DNA of 32,000 bases, taken from Promethearchaeota archaeon (GTDB lineage: Archaea; Asgardarchaeota; Lokiarchaeia; Sigyniarchaeales; Promethearchaeaceae). Where the stretch lies: positions 60,001 through 92,000 of the forward strand of contig JAFGBS010000028.1 of NCBI GenBank assembly GCA_016933055.1, in the 5' to 3' direction. Made by a program: the position numbers and the translations under genes. Shown here one piece after another: positions 1 through 8,473 of this stretch (positions within the stretch are counted from its first letter, which is position 1; every line of letters begins with the position of its first letter). Below the pieces are notes generated by a model that had not been told where the DNA came from, did no database searches, and saw nothing but the letters and a program-made list of their open reading frames with translations.

Positions 1-804
1 CCATTGTGACCAGAATGCTTGGATTGACGCATTGATTATTGGTTTAAATTCCCACATAATAAAGTGTCCTAGATAGATAATAATTGCTATAATGATACGA
101 AAATCAGGTTTTTTAATTAAAAATACAAATACTGCTGCAAAAAGAGTACCCCATGCTAAATGTGCTGGTGCTTCTAAGAAAAAAGCACTCCAAAAATAAC
201 CGGAACCTAAAACTTTAGGAATACGAGCTTGAACACACCATAAACCAATAGAAGACAAAGCCCAAACTACTCCAAAAAGTGGCCGATAGATATTATCTTT
301 AAATTTTCTCAAATTCCGGAGTACAGCTGCACCAACTGTTATTAAAACCCATATAACTAATGCGATGACTTTAAAGATTGGAAAATCGAAATCCACCGAA
401 ATTACTTGAGAAATCCAGAAAAATGAAAAAACTCTATGTAACACAGTTAACCAAGCAAAGTGCAACCCTTTTTTTTCAACTTTACTTTTAAAACTAAGAC
501 TTAGTGAAATTCCTAACATAAACATGAAGATTTGTGAGCCCAAATCGATGATAGTAATAATCACGGGTTGTTGATCATAATACTCCCAACCATGATTCAA
601 CCAAGTAGGCCCCAAGGGTGGTGTAATAGCAAAATTCTCGGAAGCTAATTCCCAAGTCAAGGATGCGATTACCAAAAACACGATAACCATACCTCTAAAT
701 TGATCAAGCCAGTCATATCTGGGATGAGTTGATCTCTTAAATTGTCCCTTAGAAATTCCTTCAGTATGAACTTCTTCGGAATTTAATTTTTCGTTTTCAG
801 GCAT
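1..804 (-). CDS. HGSNAT/DUF1624-like multi-pass membrane acyltransferase, paralog 1 (C-terminus runs off the left edge; missing from the ORF track)
   Basis: Translated by hand from ATG 804: MPENEKLNSEEVHTEG...HPRYDWLDQFRGMVIVFLVIAS...GPTWLNHGWEY...IITIIDLGSQIFMFMLGIS. The frame is open to base 1 and is collinear with 928..2244. RxxxLDxxRG followed by H and D..F.F..G is the HGSNAT-family signature. Confidence 0.8.
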   Translation of the reverse strand, partial: MPENEKLNSEEVHTEGISKGQFKRSTHPRYDWLDQFRGMVIVFLVIASLTWELASENFAITPPLGPTWLNHGWEYYDQQPVIITIIDLGSQIFMFMLGISLSLSFKSKVEKKGLHFAWLTVLHRVFSFFWISQVISVDFDFPIFKVIALVIWVLITVGAAVLRNLRKFKDNIYRPLFGVVWALSSIGLWCVQARIPKVLGSGYFWSAFFLEAPAHLAWGTLFAAVFVFLIKKPDFRIIIAIIIYLGHFIMWEFKPIINASIQAFWSQW

Positions 805-860
805 ATTAAATCACGCAAAAAATATTTTCACTATTCATTCTGATATCATAATAACAATTT

Positions 861-884
861 TTGTTCAGTGCTGAACTATATAAA
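861..884. promoter_or_regulatory. Palindrome GTTCAG-TG-CTGAAC abutting a TATA box (TTTATATA on the minus strand, 877-884)
   Basis: Sequence ttGTTCAgtgcTGAACtatataaa lies upstream of ATG 804. A near-identical motif occurs at 8430-8449. Confidence 0.5.
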
Positions 885-927
885 GCTTCATTAGGTTGCG
901 AGAAAAGAGAAAAAAAAGCGAAAAATG

Positions 928-2244
928 TTAGAATTTAAGGTAAATCTTGAATCTGTCTAACACCCATGCGATACAAATCAATAGAGCAATCGGAACAAAA
1001 AACAAACCAAGTCCAATAGCATTTCCAAGCAAGCCGGGAAACCGTCTTCGAAAATCGTAAGCATTAAACCAAAAAAATCCGTAAAAAAATAGGTAGATTC
1101 CTTGTAGGAGAAACATTAGCAATGCATTTCGACCAAGTGGAGTAAGAAAGGGCATTTTCGCATCAAAATAGGTATCCCACGCGTAAAACATAATAAGAAA
1201 AAAAATCGCAAAAAAGATGGATAAAGCTGCTAACGAAGCGGTAATCCCATCATGTCGTGCTGGTTGGAGGAAATCAACTACGAAATGGAAACACAGTATG
1301 AATACCCAATAAGGAAGTATACGTTTTTTTATTCCATCTAATTGAGTGGGATAAGACTTGAGTAGCCAATCACTAACGCAAGTGGCTGAAATAGCAATGG
1401 CTGTCATATTGATGATATTAAAGGGAATACCAACGACATCCAAAGGAGTTCCGGGAAGAACTTCAAAAAACCAGTGGGTTGGGTGGGTTAACTTTGTTTT
1501 AGCAAGTTCCCATAATCCGATATGAATAGCGAACAAACCGAATGATGCAAGGATTCGACGATCAGGATTTTTTACAAGAGTCAGAAAAAATACTGCAAAG
1601 AGAGACGCCCATGCTAAATAAGCGAGAGTTTCATTAAAAAAGATAGTCCAGATATTCTCTTCGACAGTAGGGAACCAAATAATAACTGAAAGGACAGACC
1701 AACCTAACATTAAAAGAATTTTTTCATTCGATTTTTTGAATAAGGTTATCCGCAATATAATTGTCAATGTTGTTATAAATATCCAAGATAAAATGCAAAT
1801 TACGTCGAATCGAGTCAATTTCCAATCAGGTAAAATACGGTAGAATATTTTCGTTACTTGGTTTACCCAGAGTAACGCAAAAAATCGAGAAATACCACTT
1901 ACCCATGCATACCATAATCCTATCTTCTTGGATTTGCTATTAAAAGAAATTGCTGAGCTTATACCGAGAACAAACATAAATAAAGATGAACCCATATCGA
2001 TGACAGTTATTATTGGTGGATTAGAATTCGAATATTTGAAACCATGGTTCATCCATGTTGGTCCTAAGGGGGGAACTCCGAAAGGAAGACCTAATCCTAA
2101 AGTGGAGGAAAACTGCCAGGTTAAAAATGCAATTAGCAAAAAGAAAACAATGACTCCCCGCAATTGATCCAACCATCTATATCTGGGATGTAATGAATGA
2201 AATTGTTTATGTGTTTCATTGATCTTTATTGGTGGGTCATTCAT
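928..2244 (-). CDS. HGSNAT/DUF1624-like membrane acyltransferase, paralog 2
   Basis: 438 aa, highly hydrophobic. Motifs RYRWLDQLRG, WMNHG (His codon 2044-2046) and VIDMGSSLFMFVLGIS. Confidence 0.8.
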   Translation of the reverse strand: MNDPPIKINETHKQFHSLHPRYRWLDQLRGVIVFFLLIAFLTWQFSSTLGLGLPFGVPPLGPTWMNHGFKYSNSNPPIITVIDMGSSLFMFVLGISSAISFNSKSKKIGLWYAWVSGISRFFALLWVNQVTKIFYRILPDWKLTRFDVICILSWIFITTLTIILRITLFKKSNEKILLMLGWSVLSVIIWFPTVEENIWTIFFNETLAYLAWASLFAVFFLTLVKNPDRRILASFGLFAIHIGLWELAKTKLTHPTHWFFEVLPGTPLDVVGIPFNIINMTAIAISATCVSDWLLKSYPTQLDGIKKRILPYWVFILCFHFVVDFLQPARHDGITASLAALSIFFAIFFLIMFYAWDTYFDAKMPFLTPLGRNALLMFLLQGIYLFFYGFFWFNAYDFRRRFPGLLGNAIGLGLFFVPIALLICIAWVLDRFKIYLKF

Positions 2245-2257
2245 AATATCATCTGAT

Positions 2258-3604
2258 TCATATTGTTATGTGGATATGTAATTTTTCCATTATTCTCGCA
2301 CTTAGGATTATAAAAATAATCGGTAGGAGGAAAACCGTCAAACAAACCAAATTAACTGCTATATGAGTTTTATCTGGTAGACTTAACCAATTCATTACCG
2401 CTATTCGGAAGGCATTTCCACCTTCTGACTCCCAAATAAATCTGAATGGAAAAGTCAATACTATTTGCAGTAAAAATATCGCTAATGCATTTTTTCCTAG
2501 AGAATTCAAAATTCGTACATTAAATTTGTAGTAATGCTCTAGTACATAAAAGCACATTGTTACAAGACTACTAAACGCAATAGCTAGTAAAGTTAGGGAG
2601 GTATTAAGTACTCTTTGATCTGCTGGTTGGAAAAAATCTACCATGATATGGACAATAAAAGTCACTACCATTAAGGGAATGATTCGTATTTTGAATCCAA
2701 CCTTAAAACTCGTAGTTTGCAGTTGAATCCACTCCCACACACAAGTTGCTGTAATTGCAGCAATGCTTATTCCTATTATTTCATAAGGAATTTCTATATA
2801 AAACTCCAATAAAGTTCCACTAAATAATGTAGTGTCCCATTGACCAATTACTTCCCAAAGTAAAAAATGGACACACAATAATATTACAGGTAGGATAATT
2901 CTTCGGTCGGGATTTTTAATTAAATTTAAACTTACAATGGCAAATAGACACCCCCAAGCTAGTAATGCCAATTCATGATTGAAAAATAGAATCCAGATCG
3001 TTGCATCAAATTTTAAAAACCAAAGAAGCACAGATCCAACAGACCATATAAATCCCAGCAATAAACCTGTCTTCGAACTTTTGAATCTCTTTAAATTGCG
3101 GAATATAGCACAGCTAATCGTGAAGATCAACCAGATGCTAAGAACCACGATGTCATTCCAATAAAATGCATCTAAATCTAGCTGCGTTAATTCTGCCAAC
3201 CACAGCAAGACAAAAAATTGAGTTCCGACTGATATCCATGCATATAGATGGTTTTTTTCTTGAGAATATTTTTTGAAGGAAATAGTCAGAGAAATTCCTA
3301 AAATAAACATAAACATTTGAATACCCAAATCCACTAGGGTGATCATACTTGGATAAAAATCCGCATATGAAAAGCCGAAATTTAACCATGTTGGTCCAAT
3401 GGGGAATTCTCCTGCTCGAACTTCTGCAGAGAAAATCCAAGTTAGACTAACAACCATAAGGAAAAGTAAGAGCATGCCTTGGAACTGATATATCCACGAA
3501 AATTCTAAATTCGGTCCAAAGTTTGAACCTAATTGGGAATCTTGGTTTTTTAATGATGGAATTTCCCTTCTTTTATCCATAGGTATCATGAAACTATTTT
3601 CCAT
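2258..3604 (-). CDS. HGSNAT/DUF1624-like membrane protein, paralog 3 (signature residues substituted)
   Basis: 448 aa, collinear with paralog 2 (GPTW, KNPDRRI, LGxNAL). The motif reads WIYQFQG instead of WLDQxRG, and WLNFG instead of WxNHG. Confidence 0.75.
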   Translation of the reverse strand: MENSFMIPMDKRREIPSLKNQDSQLGSNFGPNLEFSWIYQFQGMLLLFLMVVSLTWIFSAEVRAGEFPIGPTWLNFGFSYADFYPSMITLVDLGIQMFMFILGISLTISFKKYSQEKNHLYAWISVGTQFFVLLWLAELTQLDLDAFYWNDIVVLSIWLIFTISCAIFRNLKRFKSSKTGLLLGFIWSVGSVLLWFLKFDATIWILFFNHELALLAWGCLFAIVSLNLIKNPDRRIILPVILLCVHFLLWEVIGQWDTTLFSGTLLEFYIEIPYEIIGISIAAITATCVWEWIQLQTTSFKVGFKIRIIPLMVVTFIVHIMVDFFQPADQRVLNTSLTLLAIAFSSLVTMCFYVLEHYYKFNVRILNSLGKNALAIFLLQIVLTFPFRFIWESEGGNAFRIAVMNWLSLPDKTHIAVNLVCLTVFLLPIIFIILSARIMEKLHIHITI

Positions 3605-3728
3605 TCTATTGGGTGGTATCGTAATTTATACTATACTGTGAATTTCTAATTATATTTAAATCTGGTAATCTGGTTTTTAGTCCCTTTTCATCGAAAATAT
3701 TAATTTTAATCTCGGACATCATGAACTA

Positions 3729-4925
3729 ATGGATAATCATCTCACTCATGATGTATGTATTATTGGAGGGAATATTGCGGGTTCGTATTTAGCATATCTT
3801 CTAGCTAGTAATGGAGTATCAGTTGTAGTTGTGGAACAAAACCGTACACCCGGTCTTCCCCTACAATGTGCTGGTATCGTTTCCCAGCGTTTTTCAAATA
3901 TTGTCGAGATCGATCCTTCTATTATAATTAATCGAGTGAATACTGCATGGCTGATCTTAGAAAACGGTAAGCGAGTGTCAGTATCTATCCAAGATAACCC
4001 ATATGTATTGGATAGAGTCAAATTAGATCAATATTTTTACAAGAAAGCCGAGAGTGCAGGTGTAAGATACCTTGTTCACGAAAAGTTCTTGACTTGTGAG
4101 AAAACTGATGAGTGTATGTTTATCAACACCAACAGAAGAACTATTCGTGCAAAAATACTTGTAGGATGTGATGGACCCAATTCTCGAGTGGCAAAATTAC
4201 ACGGAATCACTCATAATATAATTCCTGCGAAACAAATACGTATTTTATATCCATATCCCAACTGTTCGGTGAGTATGTACTTCAAAGAGTATTGGCAAAA
4301 CTTATTCGGTTGGATAATTCCAGAGGGGGAGGGTATTTGTAGAATAGGACTGGGATGTAAAAAAAATCTCAAATCAAGTTTTGCTTCATTTTTGGATGAA
4401 ATACAAGCAGATAAATCCCACATTATCGAATATTTAGGAGGGCAGATCCTAATCGGATATCCCAAGCGCATAGCTTTTGATCGCACGATTTTATTAGGCG
4501 ATGCAGCAGGAATGGTTAAAGCAACGACTGGAGGCGGAATAAACACCTTATTAAAAGCATCTACTTATGCTAGTGAAGCTATTCTAAAATCTCTTGAAGA
4601 AAACAAATTCTCATCCCAATTTTACATTACTCATTATCAAAATAGTAGGGGAATTAGACAGCTGAAACGAAATATCCTACTTCATTATATGGCAAGACTT
4701 ATAATGATAAATTTTACGCAGAAAGATTATGAGATGTGCTTTTTATTGCTGAATCAACCTAAAACAAAAGAATTATTGTTAAAATACGGCGATATGGACT
4801 TTCCCCTAAGATTTGTTTTGAAGATATTAATGAGAGTGGATTTGTGGAAGCTTTTATTCATAATAGTTGCTCGAGTATTAAGAAAACTACCAAAAATAAT
4901 TCGGGACTTGGTTAATGGTGGTTAA
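3729..4925 (+). CDS. Geranylgeranyl reductase family FAD-dependent oxidoreductase (DGGGPL reductase-like)
   Basis: N-terminal FAD-binding DVCIIGGNIAG, plus PLQCAG, LVGCDG, FGWIIP and LLGDAAGMVKATTGGGI motifs. Confidence 0.85.
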   Translation: MDNHLTHDVCIIGGNIAGSYLAYLLASNGVSVVVVEQNRTPGLPLQCAGIVSQRFSNIVEIDPSIIINRVNTAWLILENGKRVSVSIQDNPYVLDRVKLDQYFYKKAESAGVRYLVHEKFLTCEKTDECMFINTNRRTIRAKILVGCDGPNSRVAKLHGITHNIIPAKQIRILYPYPNCSVSMYFKEYWQNLFGWIIPEGEGICRIGLGCKKNLKSSFASFLDEIQADKSHIIEYLGGQILIGYPKRIAFDRTILLGDAAGMVKATTGGGINTLLKASTYASEAILKSLEENKFSSQFYITHYQNSRGIRQLKRNILLHYMARLIMINFTQKDYEMCFLLLNQPKTKELLLKYGDMDFPLRFVLKILMRVDLWKLLFIIVARVLRKLPKIIRDLVNGG

Positions 4926-4977
4926 TAAATGGAGACTGCATTTACGGATGTATTTCCTTGTTTATCACCCCCTTCTG

Positions 4978-5068
4978 TTTTTGTCGGCAAAACTTTGCAA
5001 GTCAGTAGGGAAGTCCGACAAAAAGATCTGAAAACCCCCCTCCGACATAAATTCTTCAGATCCTTGTC
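4978..5068. repeat. Overlapping inverted repeats in a 570-bp intergenic region
   Basis: TTTTTGTCGG (4978-4987) pairs with CCGACAAAAA (5015-5024). GATCTGAA (5025-5032) pairs with TTCAGATC (5055-5062), extendable to GACAA/TTGTC. TCCGACA repeats at 5014 and 5041. Confidence 0.7.
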
Positions 5069-5463
5069 ACTTACTTGATTCTTCCTAACTCAATGTAAAC
5101 AGCTTTGTCGAAGCGCTAGTACATGTTATCTGGATGTCATAAATAATTACTCTTATCATTAAGTCGAATTTCGTCGGATCTAGATCTTTTATTAACAGAT
5201 TATTCATTGATTGATGAATAACAGTAACTTATTTTTAAGAAACTCATTTAAATATTCAATCGGTAAATATTTGAATATCAGTGCGATATTATACTGATGT
5301 TGCCCGAATGTTGGTGTGGTACTGATATTTGGTGGAACACCCTTTATCTTATCTGATCTTATATTCAAGATCTTAAACTAGTAAAAACAAACAAGAAAAT
5401 CACTATACATTAAGCAGTGGACTACATATAAGGGGTTTTTATCAGTTTAGTATGCCATATTAC

Positions 5464-5475
5464 TGAATATATTCA
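5464..5475. promoter_or_regulatory. Perfect 12-bp palindrome TGAATATATTCA upstream of the small ORF
   Basis: Lies 22 nt before ATG 5498. Related TATTCA/TGAATA inverted repeats occur at 5201-5220 and 5252-5278. Confidence 0.4.
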
Positions 5476-5497
5476 AAATTAGTCGTGTGTGTAGAAA

Positions 5498-5797
5498 ATG
5501 AACCAAATGTTTAAAAAATATTTAATTAAAAATAATTTCTGGCTAACAAAAAAGAAGAATGATGCATCCTGGTTTGTAAAACATACTCCTGCATCCGGTG
5601 GAATTTATGCAAGACTCATGCAAAAAGGAGTAGAAATACAACACAGCGGAGAAAAAATAATATTTACAAATTTTAACGAGCTTGATGATTATCTCGAACG
5701 AATCACATCTCCTCGTATTTTGGATGAGGAGAATGAATTCGTTAATATTTTGAACCGTAAAATATCGGCTACTGTGTTAAGGACTCTTCCCCTTTAA
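5498..5797 (+). CDS. Hypothetical small soluble protein (99 aa)
   Basis: ATG-started ORF that does not overlap any other gene and has protein-like composition. I recognise no family. Confidence 0.55.
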   Translation: MNQMFKKYLIKNNFWLTKKKNDASWFVKHTPASGGIYARLMQKGVEIQHSGEKIIFTNFNELDDYLERITSPRILDEENEFVNILNRKISATVLRTLPL

Positions 5798-5817
5798 ATA
5801 AAAAGTAATTTATAAAA

Positions 5818-6735
5818 TTAGAATAATTTTCTTTCATTATCGTGGTAAGAATAAATTTTTGGTGCTTTAACCTCTTCAGTAGAAACAAATGCATCAGTTT
5901 TATGCTCAGTTAATAAACTCGGTCGAAATTGTGTAATACTCCTTAATGGTAACGTATTGTATGTCAGATCACCTAATTCGTACCGACCGCGAGGTTGTGG
6001 TTTCTTATGATATAGAGCAACTACTTGTGCATGCATATCTTCTGAAATGTCTTCCAAAACTTGTCGGTCATTGGGATTTAATCCTTCTTGGAGGTAAACG
6101 GGTTGTCCAACTCGAATATGTGCTTTTCCTTTCATGAGATCTCTATTTCCCAATAAAGCAGTGGGAATATAAGGGACTTTGTTGAGTATTACCATACGTG
6201 CAGAACCCGTCTTAAAGGGACGTATCGGACCCTGTTTCGTTCGTCCCCCTTCAGGAAACATGCCGACACACAATCCCCTTTTTAAACAATAACTGATTTC
6301 TCGTATCGTTCGATCAGTCAAAGTGCGCTCTTTTGAAAGTGGGATCGTACCAAATGGAAATATGATAGACTTCACAATTGGAGTAGTAAAATTTTCTAAC
6401 TTACTAACCCAGCGGATCTCTCGATAAATATGAGGGCCTGTAAATGCCATACTCACAAAAAATGGATCTAATAAATATTTATGATTAGATACTACTATCA
6501 ATCCCCCTTTTTCCCTCGGAGGAATACGTTCGTTAAATTCCCAAGTGGTTCGATTAGTTATCCATGTGATTTTAGGGAAGAACCGTGCTCCCACATGATA
6601 ATATACCCCATTAATATGCTTTTGCCATTCCCCTCTCTTCATAATTCTCTTGTATCTATGATAACAGATATGATCAAATGGATTGTATTTCAGAAATGAT
6701 TTCAAGATTGTTTTCATGGCTTTCATTGTTATCAA
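5818..6735 (-). CDS. plsC: 1-acyl-sn-glycerol-3-phosphate acyltransferase (PlsC/LPLAT family)
   Basis: Catalytic NHxxxxD (SNHKYLLD), plus WVSK, FPEGGRT, FKTG and VPYIP blocks. The true start may be ATG 6726 rather than TTG 6735. Confidence 0.85.
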   Translation of the reverse strand: MITMKAMKTILKSFLKYNPFDHICYHRYKRIMKRGEWQKHINGVYYHVGARFFPKITWITNRTTWEFNERIPPREKGGLIVVSNHKYLLDPFFVSMAFTGPHIYREIRWVSKLENFTTPIVKSIIFPFGTIPLSKERTLTDRTIREISYCLKRGLCVGMFPEGGRTKQGPIRPFKTGSARMVILNKVPYIPTALLGNRDLMKGKAHIRVGQPVYLQEGLNPNDRQVLEDISEDMHAQVVALYHKKPQPRGRYELGDLTYNTLPLRSITQFRPSLLTEHKTDAFVSTEEVKAPKIYSYHDNERKLF

Positions 6736-6748
6736 CGGGTTATCAACG
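6728..6748. repeat. Tandem 10-bp direct repeat GTTATCAACG x2 at the plsC start
   Basis: Copies at 6728-6737 and 6739-6748 (11-bp period). A TATA-like TATATAAA lies at 6776-6783. Confidence 0.6.
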
Positions 6749-6872
6749 ATTAAACATCCAAATGGTATTCAGAGTATATAAAGTTTATACAAATTGTAGA
6801 AACTGTCATTAATATAAGACAAATTTCTATATAGACCTCACTTTTTTTAAAACAAAATAGTCAGTCATGTAT

Positions 6873-8207
6873 TCATGCATCTTGTTGGATACTACTTCTT
6901 TCCCGTTCTAATTCTTCATCTAAATTTCTTATAAAATGAATATAGATTGCAATTGCAGTTCGAAAGGTTTTATGAGATAAATGTTGCGGGTCATCTGTTA
7001 AATCATGCCAATTAGCTGGTTTCATTATACTTCCCTCATATCCCAATAAAGTTGAGGAATCATACCCCGCTAATGCAAATCTTCCTCCATCTGACGCACC
7101 CATCTTAAGTTCAGGGGCAATTCGGCAAGATACTACTGCTTCTTGACCCACTTCTTTAATGAGAGAATGATATGCTCGCTCAATCTTCCCACATATTTCT
7201 AAATTATGGGAAGCTAAATGCATCATTTCTTTTGTTAAGATGGCTAAATCCGTTCCGGCTCCAATAGATTCAGGTATTACCGCTATAGAATTCTTATCGA
7301 GTAATCCCATCGCCCCGTATTTTTCAATAAAGTATTGAGATCCTCTTTCTCCGCATTCTTCGCTCCCAAATGCTCCCACCCACAATTCTATATTATGTAA
7401 TCGATTTTCTGATTGTGTAAAATATTTGCCAATTATTAATGCTAAAGCAACTCCTGATAAATTATCATTTGCGCCTAAAACAGGAATGCCTCCACTGAAT
7501 CCGTGCAACGTGATGATTAAAATTGGAAATAAGAAGATTGTAATTAAAATAAATACAATATCAATCCACGAAATTCCAAAAATCCAGTATGAAAACAGAT
7601 ATTGCATATTAAATTGAATTAAAATTAGCTTGATAACAGTTAAAAACATAATTAAAACGGTATAAATTATTGATACAGCGAAAAACAACATGCTTTTATC
7701 TCCAAATCGGGTTATTTTCATTTGAAACGCACTGTCCATATGCCCAACGATCATCACTTTTTTCTTACTTGTTCTAATTTCTTGATCAACACAAGGCAAT
7801 ATACGGGCTATAGCATTATGGCTTACTCCTTTTTTTGAAAATAAGGCAAACCAATATTTCATTTTCACCAAAGAAATAAAGAGGATAAATAGCGCAAAAA
7901 GCGGTAACAGCAGTGATAAAAAACACCAACTATCTTTAAAAAGGAAAAACACTGCCCCAAATATCACAAAAATTCCGAATATCGTCACAAAACCCCTTGG
8001 ATAAAAGGTAGGATAAACTTTGAAAGAATCAAAATAAGTGAAATCTGCGAATGATCGCATTTTTTTCTCTAATTCCTCCAATGCTTCCTGTTCTTCTATG
8101 GTACCGGAAATTCGCGGCCCATACCTATCACAAACATGGTTTATGTAAGTGAAAGCTTCTTTCGTTAGATCATCATACACTTCTAATTTTTTATTCAACA
8201 GAATCAC
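6873..8207 (-). CDS. M28 family Zn metallopeptidase with inserted transmembrane helices
   Basis: GHMDS, GANDNLSG, GSEECG, ES and NWH metal-ligand motifs. There are two hydrophobic hairpin insertions. GTG start. Confidence 0.85.
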   Translation of the reverse strand: MILLNKKLEVYDDLTKEAFTYINHVCDRYGPRISGTIEEQEALEELEKKMRSFADFTYFDSFKVYPTFYPRGFVTIFGIFVIFGAVFFLFKDSWCFLSLLLPLFALFILFISLVKMKYWFALFSKKGVSHNAIARILPCVDQEIRTSKKKVMIVGHMDSAFQMKITRFGDKSMLFFAVSIIYTVLIMFLTVIKLILIQFNMQYLFSYWIFGISWIDIVFILITIFLFPILIITLHGFSGGIPVLGANDNLSGVALALIIGKYFTQSENRLHNIELWVGAFGSEECGERGSQYFIEKYGAMGLLDKNSIAVIPESIGAGTDLAILTKEMMHLASHNLEICGKIERAYHSLIKEVGQEAVVSCRIAPELKMGASDGGRFALAGYDSSTLLGYEGSIMKPANWHDLTDDPQHLSHKTFRTAIAIYIHFIRNLDEELERERSSIQQDA

Positions 8208-8429
8208 CAGTGAGACTTCATTGAAATTGGTAACTTAATGGTGAAATCTTGCTAGATTTTAGGAAATTCACCAAGAACAACAATTTTCCAGTAGTTTTTT
8301 TCCGCTTGGGTTTTTGTTAGTTCTTTTCCAATACGACAACGCATTGTTTAACCTTGATTGCATCACTCTATCTTCTTGTTTATTAAATAATGTTCGCGAT
8401 ATTTCATTCTTGTTGACGAAAGTCTTTTA

Positions 8430-8449
8430 TTGTTCATGAGTGAACTATA
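8430..8449. promoter_or_regulatory. Palindromic motif TTGTTCA-N4-TGAACTATA, second copy
   Basis: ttgttcaTGAGtgaactata matches 861-880 (ttgttcaGTGCtgaactata) at 16 of 20 positions. It lies in the divergent intergenic region between the M28 gene and the 8474 gene. Confidence 0.5.
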
Positions 8450-8473
8450 GACAACTATATGGAGTTGTGAATT

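Noticed and set aside
4929-5078. 49-aa plus-strand ORF METAFTDVFP... across the GTCG repeat cluster
   Set aside because: It is short, lacks a clear Shine-Dalgarno site and has no protein-like pattern. It is more simply explained as a chance open frame over a relatively GC-rich non-coding stretch.
4926-5497. Possible CRISPR array or tRNA in the long intergenic region
   Set aside because: There are no regularly spaced 25-40-nt repeats with unique spacers, no cloverleaf or TTCRA arm, and no cas genes.
8252-8344. 30-aa minus-strand ORF MRCRIGKELTKTQAEKNYWKIVVLGEFPKI
   Set aside because: It is too short and has no recognisable homology, so it cannot be supported without ribosome profiling or homologs.
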